Part shown: in pieces, positions 43,430 to 54,600 of the stretch
Layout of the letters: each line of letters opens with the position of its first letter
Position numbering within the stretch: position 1 is the stretch's first letter
Assembly: GCA_977017575.1 (NCBI GenBank)
Contig: CDRNVI010000049.1
Location: forward strand, 434,001 to 498,000
Reading direction: 5' to 3'
DNA length: 64,000 nucleotides
From: Paramoeba atlantica
Lineage: Eukaryota > Protista > Discosea
Notes under the pieces: model-generated
What the model saw: only the letters and a program-made list of their open reading frames with translations
Database searches by the model: none
What the model was told of the DNA's origin: nothing
Made by a program: the position numbers and the translations under genes

Positions 43430-44251
43430 TTACTTCACCACTCGTCCAGTGACTAAATGTGGTGAAGTAAGGGAGGAGGCGAAGTAAGGGGGGGTAACGG
43501 TATTAGCAATTGCGCGGTCTCGGTGCGGTCTCGGTGCGGCGTACGAACTTATCTCAGTGCAAGAACAGAAAGTGTGGAATGGGTGGGGGGTGGGGGCAGG
43601 GGAGTAGAAGGCGAAGGCGAGGCTACATGAATCCGGACATTGTTGGAGAGGAAATCTCAATGAAAAAACTAATCGAATCGAAAATGGGGGTGGTGGTGAG
43701 ACTTCAGCCCCGCTGCTTGATTCATTTTGACGAGAAGCGGTCCGCTTGCGCTGACGCCACTGCTGGCAAACGCGAGACCGCTTCCCGGAAACACAGCGCC
43801 ACACGCTGTCCACAAAGTCGCCCACTTCACCTTGGCGATGGGGGGAAAAGAGAGGGTCTTCTTGAAGGTACGCTTCAAGATCGGCGGTTGCCTCTCCAAG
43901 GAAGTACGCGCTCCGGGGGCGGACGCTCAGAAGCAGATGGCCCCGGCGGTCAGCCAAGTGGAACAGGACGCGAGTCACGATGCACGAGGTCAAGTCAATG
44001 CCACACACAGAGCGTGCAACATGTAGGAAGTTGTCCATCGTGCGTGACACGCGCCCTGCGATTTCATCCATTTTACTACTGAGCTCTGCATTGCTTATCT
44101 CCAAACGTGGCTTGGAGAAAACGTCGGGCCTCTTCGTAAAGACCCGGATCGTCGAAGCCTTGATGACATCGAAGAGTTTGTCTTCGGCACTTGTCTCAGG
44201 CTCAAGAGCAGTCAATCGCTCTTGCAATGCGTCATTGCTCTCGATAGTCAT
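43430..44251 (-). CDS. Hypothetical ORF bracketed by GCGGTCTCGGT arrays (probable element cargo)
   Basis: 273-aa ORF. The first ~180 aa look protein-like; the C-terminus runs through repeats. Confidence 0.35.
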   Translation of the reverse strand: MTIESNDALQERLTALEPETSAEDKLFDVIKASTIRVFTKRPDVFSKPRLEISNAELSSKMDEIAGRVSRTMDNFLHVARSVCGIDLTSCIVTRVLFHLADRRGHLLLSVRPRSAYFLGEATADLEAYLQEDPLFSPHRQGEVGDFVDSVWRCVSGKRSRVCQQWRQRKRTASRQNESSSGAEVSPPPPFSIRLVFSLRFPLQQCPDSCSLAFAFYSPAPTPHPFHTFCSCTEISSYAAPRPHRDRAIANTVTPPYFASSLTSPHLVTGRVVK

Positions 44252-44445
44252 AAAAATTTAGGAGAAAAGTTTACGGGAAAAGAAAAACGCGCTGTTGTTA
44301 GTAAAAAGGATGAAAATGATACAGAGAAAGAAACAAAGAAAAATATAGCTAGAAGCGTACACCGAATTCGAAATTCCACTTAAAAATAAAAACAAATGTA
44401 AACTTTTGGCTGTTTTTCTATCTCTCCCCACCGAAAATACGAACC

Positions 44446-44522
44446 GCGGTCTCGGTGCGGTCTCGGTGCGGTCTCGGTGCGGTCTCGGTGCGGTCTCGGT
44501 GCGGTCTCGGTGCGGTCTCGGT
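44446..44522. repeat. 7 x 11-bp tandem repeat GCGGTCTCGGT next to a CCCGCAGCCCCTC TIR
   Basis: Visible array; two more units at ~43514..43535. Confidence 0.9.
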
Positions 44523-44917
44523 CGAAGTACCCGCAGCCCCTCAACTAACTGCCGCTGGTTAAATCCAGCGAAGATTGCACACTTTCAAAAATCTTCAGAA
44601 AATACATACGTTGTGGTTCCGGGAACATACCTCTGTTCCGGGAACACAGGGAACAGAAGAGAGACACGGATATTTTATGAACTGCGGAATACAATTTCCA
44701 ACTATGAACTAGAGATTTCTCGCCTAACTAGCGATTTCGTGCCTTGGTTTGATAAATTCAACGGGTTTGCTTTGACGAGGCTCAGATACATGAATCTAAG
44801 CGCTTGGAAATATTAAATACTACAACTATGCAAATTTAGACTTGCACTCAACACAATTACATGCATTTGTGTAATATTTTAAATATTATACAGGGGGGAT
44901 ATTATACAGGGGGGATT

Positions 44918-46288
44918 GTATATTAAATTATAAACCCCCGCTCACGAAAAGTGACCCCCCTCTTTTTTTTTCGTACAAATGTCCGTTTGAGCTGATTTTT
45001 GTTGCATTTTGCAGATCTCAACACAAGGACTTTGCGCGTGAAAAAATGGGACAAAAAGAAACGAATACGCACAATTTAGAGAAGAATTACCATTTTGTCA
45101 CTTTTTCGCCCTCCAATCTTATACACTCCTTAAGTCGAGAATCAAAACTTAATACTGTTTTGTCGATCACTTTTTGCGTTAAAGAAGACCATGCTTTACG
45201 TACACATCGGATAAGTGAAGGTTTGTCCGATGGCGTTTGTTCGTCTACCGCTTCTTGGACCATAGACCAGACGTTTTCTATTGGGGAAAGGTCGGGCGAG
45301 TTGGGGGACCAGTTTCTTAAAACATCACTCATTCGATTCTCAATATACTCTTTGGAGGCACGGGCAGTATGTGCCGTTGCCCCATCCTGTTGAAATACAC
45401 TATTAGGGGGGAAATCTACCTGTTTTAATGTTTCTATGTACGTCTCACTTGTAATAGATGTGTCATTTCGTAGAGTAACCAAATACCTCCAGCCCACTCC
45501 TACAGCACCCCAAACTTGGCATCTTGGTGCCCAACGTACTTTTTGACGCGGGGCTGCTTTTTGACCGCGCTTTACCCACATGTGTCTTCTGCTATCGTTG
45601 GTATCAAATATCTTTTCGTCCGTAAAAATAACACGGGCAGTATCCAATTTGTAATTCAAAGCAAATTGAACTATTCTTTGCTTTTGTCGTTCGGTAAGCC
45701 CTTGGCATACTGGCCGAGCGGCATAATTGTAATCCAGCGATGGTAGATCTCGCTTTACAGTGCTTTGCGAAACTTTTATACCTTTTTTACACATTTGGCC
45801 GTTTATACGCCTTGAAGAATTGAATTTTGGTACCCCAGCGGGGTCGAGAGGAGCCAATATCTTTTCAATTTTCTTTTTGCGAGATTCGATTTTTATTAAT
45901 GGTCACAGGACTCAAAGTGTTCCCCACTACATTTTTTTTCGTTCAGATATTTTTTGGTTATCCTTCTAGAGACGTTAAAATCACGGGATAATTGTTTTAT
46001 CGGAACACCTTCTCCCTGTCTCATCTTCAGAAGAACCTTGCCACTATCCGTAAGCTCCCCTTTTGGGAGCTGATATGGTGATTTGGTCATTTTTGGAAAA
46101 AAAAGTTGAAAAACCAATTATTTTTTTTGACTAAATTTTAAAGTATTAAAATGAGCTGAAAACAGCGGGAACGTACAGATCTCGAAATTTTGAACGAAAA
46201 AGTGGTATGATAACCCACCCACGCCCCCCTGTGCTAAAAATAAGGGGGAGTCACTTATTCGTGAGCGGGGGTTTATTTTAAATATACT
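44918..46288 (-). mobile_element. Tc1-like element with DD35E transposase (45087..45857 plus upstream HTH frame 45896..46117)
   Basis: TAAACCCCCGCTCACGAA.AGTGAC inverted ends; FTDEKIF, QVWGAVG, FQQDGATAH and SPDLSPIENVW motifs. Exact termini approximate. Confidence 0.85.
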
Positions 46289-47563
46289 GCAAATTAGGCC
46301 GTAAGAATAATTTCTTCGCAAACAAGTTTTAAATCCGAAAACACTCTCACCAAAGGAATACTTTTATGTCTTTGTAAGCTTCCGTTGCACTTCTCTGTTA
46401 CAGCACGGAGGCGTTCCTGGAAGTACGTGTACTTTCGCGGTGGTCATGAAATACTGAAAAGCAGATGTGTATCAATAGACTTAGTCCCGAAGAAATGATG
46501 AAAAACCGTGAACAAATCCGTATCCTGGCGTTCCTCTTTACTCTTTCAAACCACCAACGGATATTACTATGGGGTATGTCATCCTGTAACACCGTTTAAA
46601 GAGGAAAGAAAAAATATAAAAGTATTAAAAGGACTTAACCTGTGGTCCAAAATCGAAAAAAAATGGGGGCTCTAGGAGGGGTCCATGGGGGGGGGGTTAT
46701 GGGTGGAGGGCATACCGCACGACAAGATAGCCCTTTTTGGAGCCATGGCACGCCATTTCTTACTAAAAAATGCGAATTATCAAAAACTTTTCATTCCATC
46801 GTTACTCCTCCATGTCAGCTCGAGATTTTTTCCGTAATCTTTTTAATCTTGTCTTACTTTTTCCCTTCGTAGACAAAGAATTTCCCTTCGTAGACAAAGA
46901 ATTTCCCTTCGTAGACAAAAATATACTACACAGATGTATGTTTGTTTCTCATCACCCCTTATTGCGTTCATAAATAATGATAATGATAGTAATAATGATA
47001 ATCTCAGAAAATTTATTATTATCATTATCATTATTTATGAGAGGGGGTGTATGTCCACCCAAAAAACGGCTAGTTTTGGCTGGAATCCTTCCTGAACAAT
47101 TTCTTTTTTTGTCACTTCGTCAAACGCGGAAGTAGTTTTCAACGGGAAGCGCGCAGCATGACTTCTATTTTGAAAACAACCACTGCGTTTAACGAACCCC
47201 CGGATGTTCAACTCCAGCGCACCACTTTTTTCACCATAGTCGATCATCGTTCCTTTTTTCTGCGCCTCACCATAGTCGAACATCGTTCCTTTTTCCTTTC
47301 ACCATAAAAACTTACCCAGAGTATTTAAATAAAGCGTAGTACACGTGTAAGATTTGAGTAAGAAACTTTGTTAGACAAGAATTTATTCACCTTTACAAAA
47401 TGCTCTGTGGTTTGTCAAGCTCGACGAAGATGTTTCAGCAACAGAGGAATCCGAGTGCATTGGGAAAGCATTCCAGGGTCGAAGTGCGGCAGGGCGCGAG
47501 ATTTCCCATTCAAATGTGTTCGTTGAAGTTTGTTGCGGTGTGCCTTTTCTGCGGTGTGGCAAA

Positions 47564-47800
47564 TTATTTGGATTCGAACGCCGAAACTCCTTTTCTGCTC
47601 GTCTGCGGTTTGTCAAGTTTTGAAATGCTTTGTGCTCTCATCCCCTCATAGCGCTGACCCCTTCTTGCATTACGCGCCAACTCGCGACAAACAGTGCTGT
47701 GACTTTTGCCAATTATGCGAGCTATGCTCCTCCGACTCTCGCCAGATGCGAAGAGTGATTGAATACGATTACGATCGTAAAGACTAAGTCTTGAATAAAG
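47564..47800 (-). pseudogene. IS30-like HTH remnant (second, divergent lineage)
   Basis: YSRLSLYDRNRIQSLFASGESRRSIARIIGKSHSTVCRELARN...RY..MRAQ is the typical IS30 N-terminal HTH; the catalytic part is not recoverable. Confidence 0.7.
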
Positions 47801-47812
47801 GCGCATTTGTAA

Positions 47813-48393
47813 AGGGGGCTCGTTTATTGTTAACATTCGTTTATTGTTAACAATCAATAAATTCATTTATTGTTATCATTCGATTATTGTTAACAATGAA
47901 TTAATTTCGGTTTTCTCGTGTGACTTTTGAATTTTTTGTTCCCTATGGTCATGTTTTATAGCGTTCATGATAAGGAAAATGATGCGCTTAACGAAATGCG
48001 AAACAATTTTATTGAAACAACAGACTTTCAGTCGCCCGACGATGGCAGCATCCAGAGATAAAACGTTGAGAAGGCAAGTAAACGGTACCTCACCCGACAT
48101 CGCACTTCGATTCCCACAACTCAGTTTTAGATGAAACTGGGTGGCAATTGAAAACTGCGTAGTTCCCTAAAGAGGTGTCGTTGGAGACTCGTTAGTAGCT
48201 CCGGCGACTGCCAGTGACCTTCAGCGACCTCCAGGGAGTGCCCAAATACCCCCCATTGTTAACAACATTCGAACTTTCATTGCAACTCGTATAATGTTAA
48301 CATTGGAGGGTAAAAGTTCGATTATTGTTAACATTCGATTATTGTTAGCAAAAACTGCTCGAAAAAATTGTTAGCGATAAACGAGCCCCCCCT
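47813..48393. mobile_element. Non-autonomous TIR element with ATTGTTAACA subterminal arrays
   Basis: AAGGGGGCTCGTTTAT / ATAAACGAGCCCCCCCTT inverted ends; similar arm in the palindrome at ~21420..21500. Confidence 0.6.
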
Positions 48394-49329
48394 TTAGTAT
48401 GAATTCGAAGGATATTATAATATAGTACTTCTCTGAATATTTGATGGTACATTGGAAATGAGAATATAGTTTTTAGGAAAAAGTGGTGCACTGGAAATGA
48501 CAAAAAAATTTCTTGTTTGAAAAAAAAGCGGTGCGTTGTTGTTGACAATCCGCCACCGACTAAAAACGCTATTCCACTTTTATTATTATTCCTCAAAAAT
48601 AATAGCACCACGCACGACCATTCGCTTGAAACACAAAAAGAAAAAATGCAAACTTCATTTTACATACCTTGGTGGTTCATGAACCAATGAACCACTTCAT
48701 GAACCACTGTTTTCATGAAATGGTTCATGAAACAGTACTAACGAGGGTGCTGACAGGAGTGATATCAAGGGTTGATGGTACGGCACGGTGACAAGGGGTG
48801 AAGACAAGGGGTGAGAACAAGGAGTTCTTACTTAGTAAGAGTAAGTTAATACTACTTCTACTAGCATATCATGGTAACGGAATGTAATAAAATATAATAC
48901 ATATTAACTTAAATATATTTTAGATTATGTTTACATGTACATGTAATGCATAAGTTTATACACATATTGTATACACATTTAGTCACTAGCCCTCGATCCT
49001 GTATATTACATGTTCGCGACACTAGGGTAAACCACAGAAACGCTTAGATAAGATGGGAGGATAATTAAGTAAACAGAGCTGTGGATGTGTGCTCCAAAAA
49101 TATTTTACAGGGTTGCTAATCCCTGGTCACTTACTACTACCGATAAACATTACATGTTCGCGACACCACGTCAAACGACAGAAACCCTTAGATACGATGA
49201 GAGGATAGAAACAAACAGAGATTTTAATACTATTATTTTATAAACAGAGCTGTGGATGTGTGCTCTAAAAATACTATACAGGGTTGCTGATACCTGGCTG
49301 CTTAATACTAAAAATGGCTATCCATGAGT

Positions 49330-52300
49330 TCCGCGACAGACTTGCTGTTGGCGTGAAGAAACATTTGCATTGAAACGTTTCCGGGTCATGGACGCTTGCC
49401 TAGAATTGTACTTGTGTGTCATCATTGAAAGCACAGAATCACAATATGTGACAACCGGCGGGACAAACAGATAATGTTGCGCAAGAGGGTAGACTTCCGG
49501 AAAATCGTAGCGCCCTACTTTCTCCCACCATTCAATGTCCGTACAAGCTCCTCCAGGCCACTTTTAATTTTCGTGTGTCACATAAGTTTCCCATGCCGCC
49601 TCTGTGCAGTGAAACATGGGCGCATTATTCTTTAGAAGATCGTTTGCTCGAGCACAAGTGATCGGCGCATAATTTTGCGTTCGTGTCGTCCATATGATGA
49701 ATGTAGGGCTTAGCCAACGAACGTCTTTCCAAAATGGAGTTGCGTGATTTTTGTTGAGACGACTCTCGTGGTGCTGGAGAGCAGCGGCGAGTGGAGGATT
49801 TGAAGGCCCTTCCTTACGAAGCATACTAAGTGTGCTTTCAACACACGTCGCAATGGCGACGTTGTTCTCGTCAGAAAAGAGATTTGGGGAAGTACGCAGA
49901 GGTTCCAATCGCTTTAAAAAAGCCTTCCCCTCAGACATGATTGCGTCAACTGCGCCAGGAACTTTGAGAATGTCATAGCATGAGCATATGGACGCAGGAG
50001 GAATGGGTGTAGGTTTGCTAACTATGTGGGTTACAAATTTAGCAATTGTTGGCAATTCTGTTGATATATACTCAACCCACGTGAATTTATCCGCTATCCA
50101 GCGCGTGACACCACCAAGTTTAGGTGTCGTACGTACGCGTTCACGCTTAGCTTCCTCTTGCAATTTTTGTGCCATGGGGATAACTCTGGAAAGAGAAGTT
50201 AGGGCATTCCGCAAGGTCGCGAGTGCTTGTTCCTTTGAAGTCTCGTCCAATTGCTTTGATCCAAGTATTCCATACCACTGGAACAAGGTTTCTTCGGCGG
50301 ACTGCGAAGTTTCGTCAAACTCAGTAAGTCGAACTTCAAGAGCAACACCAGCATACTCCGCTCGTCGAGTTCCTTGACCATGAAATGCTTGAGTGTAGTA
50401 CTTTCGTAGCTGGACAAGAAGAATATCTTCATAATCCTTGGATGCGTCTTTCGCAACGTTGTTGAGAAGATGCCCAATGCACGGAATTAGGACAATGTGG
50501 GGATGTGAAGCCTGGAAATTTGTCACAAAGTCATTCCAATCTGCAGCTCCAAGAGGAACAATGCTCTCAAATACTTTTAGTAACACACCACTCGCTTCAT
50601 AGCGAGACCAACATGGTTCACAGCTACATGGTTCACTGCGCATCCATCGACTATGAGATACGCCAGTTTGGATAGACGAGCTCCTTCCAGACAGTGTTGC
50701 AATTCACGTATAACAATTTCGGCGGTATCCTTACCACTGAAAGCGCCATACTTCGGGTGATGCATCGGTGGCATGAGCCATTGATGATGTCCCACATAGA
50801 GAACCGCTACAAGAACATGTTCGCGGAGTACAGGGTCGATGTCTGCATCAATTGCTAGACCAAAAAATGCATACTCGTCAACAGTACGTCTTATTCGTCC
50901 CCAGAGTTGTTCCGCTAGGTATTGCACGTCTGCTTTGAGCACACGGGCGTCTTTCTGAAGAACTTGAATAGCTGTCTCAGTGGACATAACGGGTCGGTGC
51001 TGCTCATACAGGGGTGAAAACTTCCATCTGGGGGGGTCTAAAATTTGTAAAAACTTTTCAATTTTGTAAAATAATAGCGCATTCGAGAGCTCTCGCAGAG
51101 TTGTATGTCTTCGTACTGGTAGCTTTTAACATATCAAAGTAGAACTACAAATGCCGAATAGGTCAAAAACTCGAATTGTCACTTGAAAAATGATACAAAA
51201 AAGTTGAAAAGTAACGTTTTCTCCCCCCAAAAAGATTGTTAGTAACCCCTGTTAGTATCCGCAATGTGCACCGTTCTTTTCTACAATGATTCTACAACGC
51301 TTTCTGAAGCTTTTTAGCGTATTCTCAAATTTGGATATTTGTTCCGTCTTAAGTTTATCATAGGAATCATGAATTGCGGAGAGTAATTGTTGTTGATTTT
51401 TGGGTTGAATTTGGTCCTTTGTCCCGTCCATTATTGACCAAAGATTTTCTATGGGGTTTAGATCAGGGGATCGTGCTGGCCATCGGAGCCAAGAATAACC
51501 CTTTTCTTGGGCCGCGGCACGAGCCTTATTATGTGCCGGGCAATTGTCCATCACTATTGTGGCCCGATGTCTCCTTAAATATTGGAACAGACCCCCCCCT
51601 TTTTTTCATGGCTTCATAAAAAATTTGTCCCTTTACAGTTACTTTGTTTCCTTGAGAATCATGGGTAGGAAAGACGTGTAAATGAAACCCATGCTTTAAG
51701 CTCACCCCATCCAAACCATAATACCTTCTCCACCATGATAGGGTTCTAATTCCCCTGTTTGTTCTTTGGGGGGGGTCAGATTTTCGGCAAAGGTACGTGG
51801 GTCGGGTGGATCTTTTGCACGTAAATTTTTTTTCGTCGCAGAAAATAATATTTCCCAGCGCAGCGTCGCTCCACTGTAGCATTTCAGTGGCAAATTGCAC
51901 TCTGCGCTCCTTATGATTATTAGATAAGAAAGGGGTCTTTAAAGCTGTTCTGAGCACAATTTTTTCTTTTGAGTTTTTCAACATGTTCCTTAGGGATGTT
52001 AGTGAACATATGAAGCCACGTCGCTTTACCTCTCTCCAGAGCTCGCTCCAAGTGGAGATACCATAAGGAAGGTCACGATAAGCGTCATCAATAAGCTTTA
52101 AAGATACTTTCATAAGATCAGAGGTGGTGACCCTAGGTTGGCGCGTAGGGGATGGACTGGCCACGTCGCCAGTGCAATTAAATCTTTCCACCCAGAGTTT
52201 CACAGTTCCCTCGTGGACACCAAAATTTTGGGCAGTCCGGGAATAAGACTCTGTTTTCTCAAAGTCCGCCACAAGAAGCATCCTGTGACTTTCCTTAATC

Positions 52301-52758
52301 TTCCCTGGTGAGGCATAGGAGCGTGCTCTCAAAACACCACGGGAAGTCCATGAGCGAACTCGCTTTTGAGGCATAAAATGGGGAAAAACAAAAAATTGCC
52401 ATACTTTCACAAGAAAAAAAAATTATTTTTTTGTCATTAGATTAAATCTTTCAAGTCGAGCGTTCCGAATACGCCAAAGACATACAACTCTGCGAGAGCT
52501 CTCCAAAGCGCTATTATTTTACAAAATTGAGCAAATTTTACAAATTTTAGACCCCCCCAGATGGAAGTTTTCACCCCTGTATGTTTTGATAAATTTCAAG
52601 AACGAAGATACGGGGAAGGAAGTAGTTGAGAAAAGCAGAGGAAGTACCACATGTGCAAATATTTCCGGTGTCCCCGAATTAGTGTCCACTGTCCCAATGT
52701 TATTATCGAGAGGAGGTGGTGGTGGTGGTGGACGACACCACTTTTGATGATTGCTCAA
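49330..52758 (-). pseudogene. hAT-superfamily transposase interrupted by a Tc1-like insertion
   Basis: GLAID, LIVDGCAVN, CIGHLLNNV, GVTRW and a C-terminal WW..R segment. Removing 51009..52579 and one TA joins ...FLKFIKT-Y-EQHRPVMSTET in frame. Confidence 0.78.
51009..52579 (-). mobile_element. Tc1/IS630-like element, ~100-bp TIRs, TA TSD, DD32E transposase (~52377 to 51252)
   Basis: TA-CAGGGG...CCCCTG-TA ends; CDEKKF, GGEGIMVWMG, MDNCPAH and SPDLNPIENLW motifs; three frameshifts, all in C/G homopolymer runs. Confidence 0.92.
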
Positions 52759-53333
52759 AGTGGACTGGACTTCATAAACTTTTTATGATTTTTTTGGCAA
52801 AAAGTATTTGACACATTTTCAAAAAGTGACAGATAACTAGGGGGGGGGGGGGTAGTCGACGAAAAAAATTCGAAGCGCTAAAAAGTGACAAATAACTAGG
52901 GGGGTTACGTGTGACAGATAACTAGGGGGATTCCCTAGATAACCAGGGGGATATCCCCGAAATGTTTTGACCCCACTTCGGACAAGGGGCTTGGCTTTAT
53001 TTTTCCCCGCAGCGCATCGCTGATCAAGAAGAAATTCGTAGAAATAAGCGCATAATCACGTTTGTGGAGACGAAGGGACAGGAAGAATTTTCTCCTTAAA
53101 GCGCAGATCAGCCTTTTGTACCTTAGCCCTCCCTTCATTACTTTATAGGGGCTTAAGAAAATATTTATCGTTAACATCTCATTATTATCCTCTTTTACCT
53201 TACAGCAATCTATTTTACCTTACCGCAATCTATCCTTACAGCGAAACTAATTGGTTCATCCTATCAGCTAAAGCGTTGTCCTCATTAATTTTTATAAATG
53301 TAAATATAAATATAAATTTTCATTTTTGTCATA

Positions 53334-53509
53334 CTGCCCCCCCTGTTTAAGCGCACCTCGTTTTCCGCGAAAAGTGCGCTAAACGGGGGGGTCTGAATCA
53401 CTACATTATGAAAAAATTGGCGCCGCTTCGCGGCGCCGGGCTCTGTCCTTCAACTCTATGTGCGCTTAAACGGGGGGGTCTGACCGGGTGCGCTTAAATG
53501 GGGGGACAG
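53334..53509. mobile_element. MITE (copy of 20260..20439)
   Basis: TA-CTG(C)CCCCCC...GGGGGACAG-TA ends; high similarity to the 20-kb copy. Confidence 0.82.
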
Positions 53510-53683
53510 TAATTTATATTTATAAAAATTAATGAGAGGGGGAGTAGTGGGTTGGTGTCGTTGGGATCAATCAAAATAGAAGCATTTTTTGACCTGAAAA
53601 TCAGAACAGAATCTCTTTGCAAGTTGAAGGTTGAGGTTCAAGTTGGGGGTTGATGAGGAGAGTGAGAGTGGGGTTGAGGGTTA

Positions 53684-54210
53684 CACCCCCGCCAAAAAGT
53701 ATTCTCCACAAAAATGACCGACACAAAAAATAATGTATTTATTAGTATCGATCATTTTTTTGAGTTTTGACCAGGAACGCAGGAAATTGGGGCACGCAGG
53801 GAAGCCATTGAAAGATCAGAAACTCGTCGTAAAGAAACACTTGGAATGTCGCGGACAGCTAAGGCAAGATTTGAGCAGGCTCGGAATGGTTCCTCTCTCA
53901 CACTATTTTAGCGTTGGGTAATCAAAACAATTAAATTGCTAATTCCATGGTTTGATGTTTCCAAGAACTGACAGTGCTACACTTTTCCCTCGCACCACCA
54001 GTTATTTAGTTCTTGTGATAGTTACTTGGGTTCTTATGGTTCGACCTGTTTTTGTGCTTCAGTATACTTTACAGATCCGATATGATAAAGTGCAACTTTT
54101 TCGAGGCAAGTGGCAACTCGTGGAAATCGACAAAAAGTATTGTATTTATTAGTATCGACCACGAATTTTTGGTCGATACTAATAAATTAAAATACTTTTT
54201 GGCGGGGGTG
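53684..54210. mobile_element. TA-flanked MITE (CACCCCCGCCAAAAAGTATT TIR)
   Basis: 20-bp perfect inverted repeat with TA on both sides. Confidence 0.8.
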
Positions 54211-54227
54211 TAATGTGGCGTGGTGTG

Positions 54228-54285
54228 GAGGGGAAAGGTGGTGTGGAGGGGAAAGGTGGTGTGGACGGGAAAGGTGGTGTGGAAG
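54228..54285. repeat. Short tandem repeat (ggtggtgtggaggggaaa-like units)
   Basis: Three to four visible copies. Confidence 0.8.
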
Positions 54286-54600
54286 ATAGAGGGAGAAGAT
54301 CGGGCAGTGATTGAAATAATCTCTTTTCAATCGTCTCTCTGGGGTAAAGATACTGTTTCTGTGTAACGGTATATCGGGTAAAATATTAAGAGCTCTCCAA
54401 TGTGCTGTTACTTTCCAAAATTGAACAAGTTATACAAAATTTGGACTTCCCGACTCCGAAGGAGCCCACCCACGTATAAGCCCCCGTAAAGGTAGAAAGC
54501 ATCAAACACAATCGGTATACAAAATGTGAAAAAATGGTTTTTTTTGACTGTAACTAATCTTTAACCAAATAAGGAAGTGCTGCCGAATCGTTGAAAGTCA

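Larger units (their letters stand above)
39327..43500. mobile_element. Degraded pogo/Tc2-like element (TA TSD, CCGTTACCCCC(G/C)CTTACTT TIR) hosting nested insertions
   Basis: 19-bp TIR with one mismatch, TA on both flanks, TGGTGAAGTAAGGG subterminal repeats at both ends. Weak DDE_1-like remnant (IPP..VKPDCGLKSRY) at ~43110..43240. Confidence 0.68.

Noticed and set aside
44543-44551. AACTAACTG resembling the SL 5' end
   Set aside because: Only 9 nt, and the ACAGTTTCTGTAC core does not follow.
44406-44816. 136-aa plus-strand ORF
   Set aside because: Largely a translation of the 11-bp tandem array.
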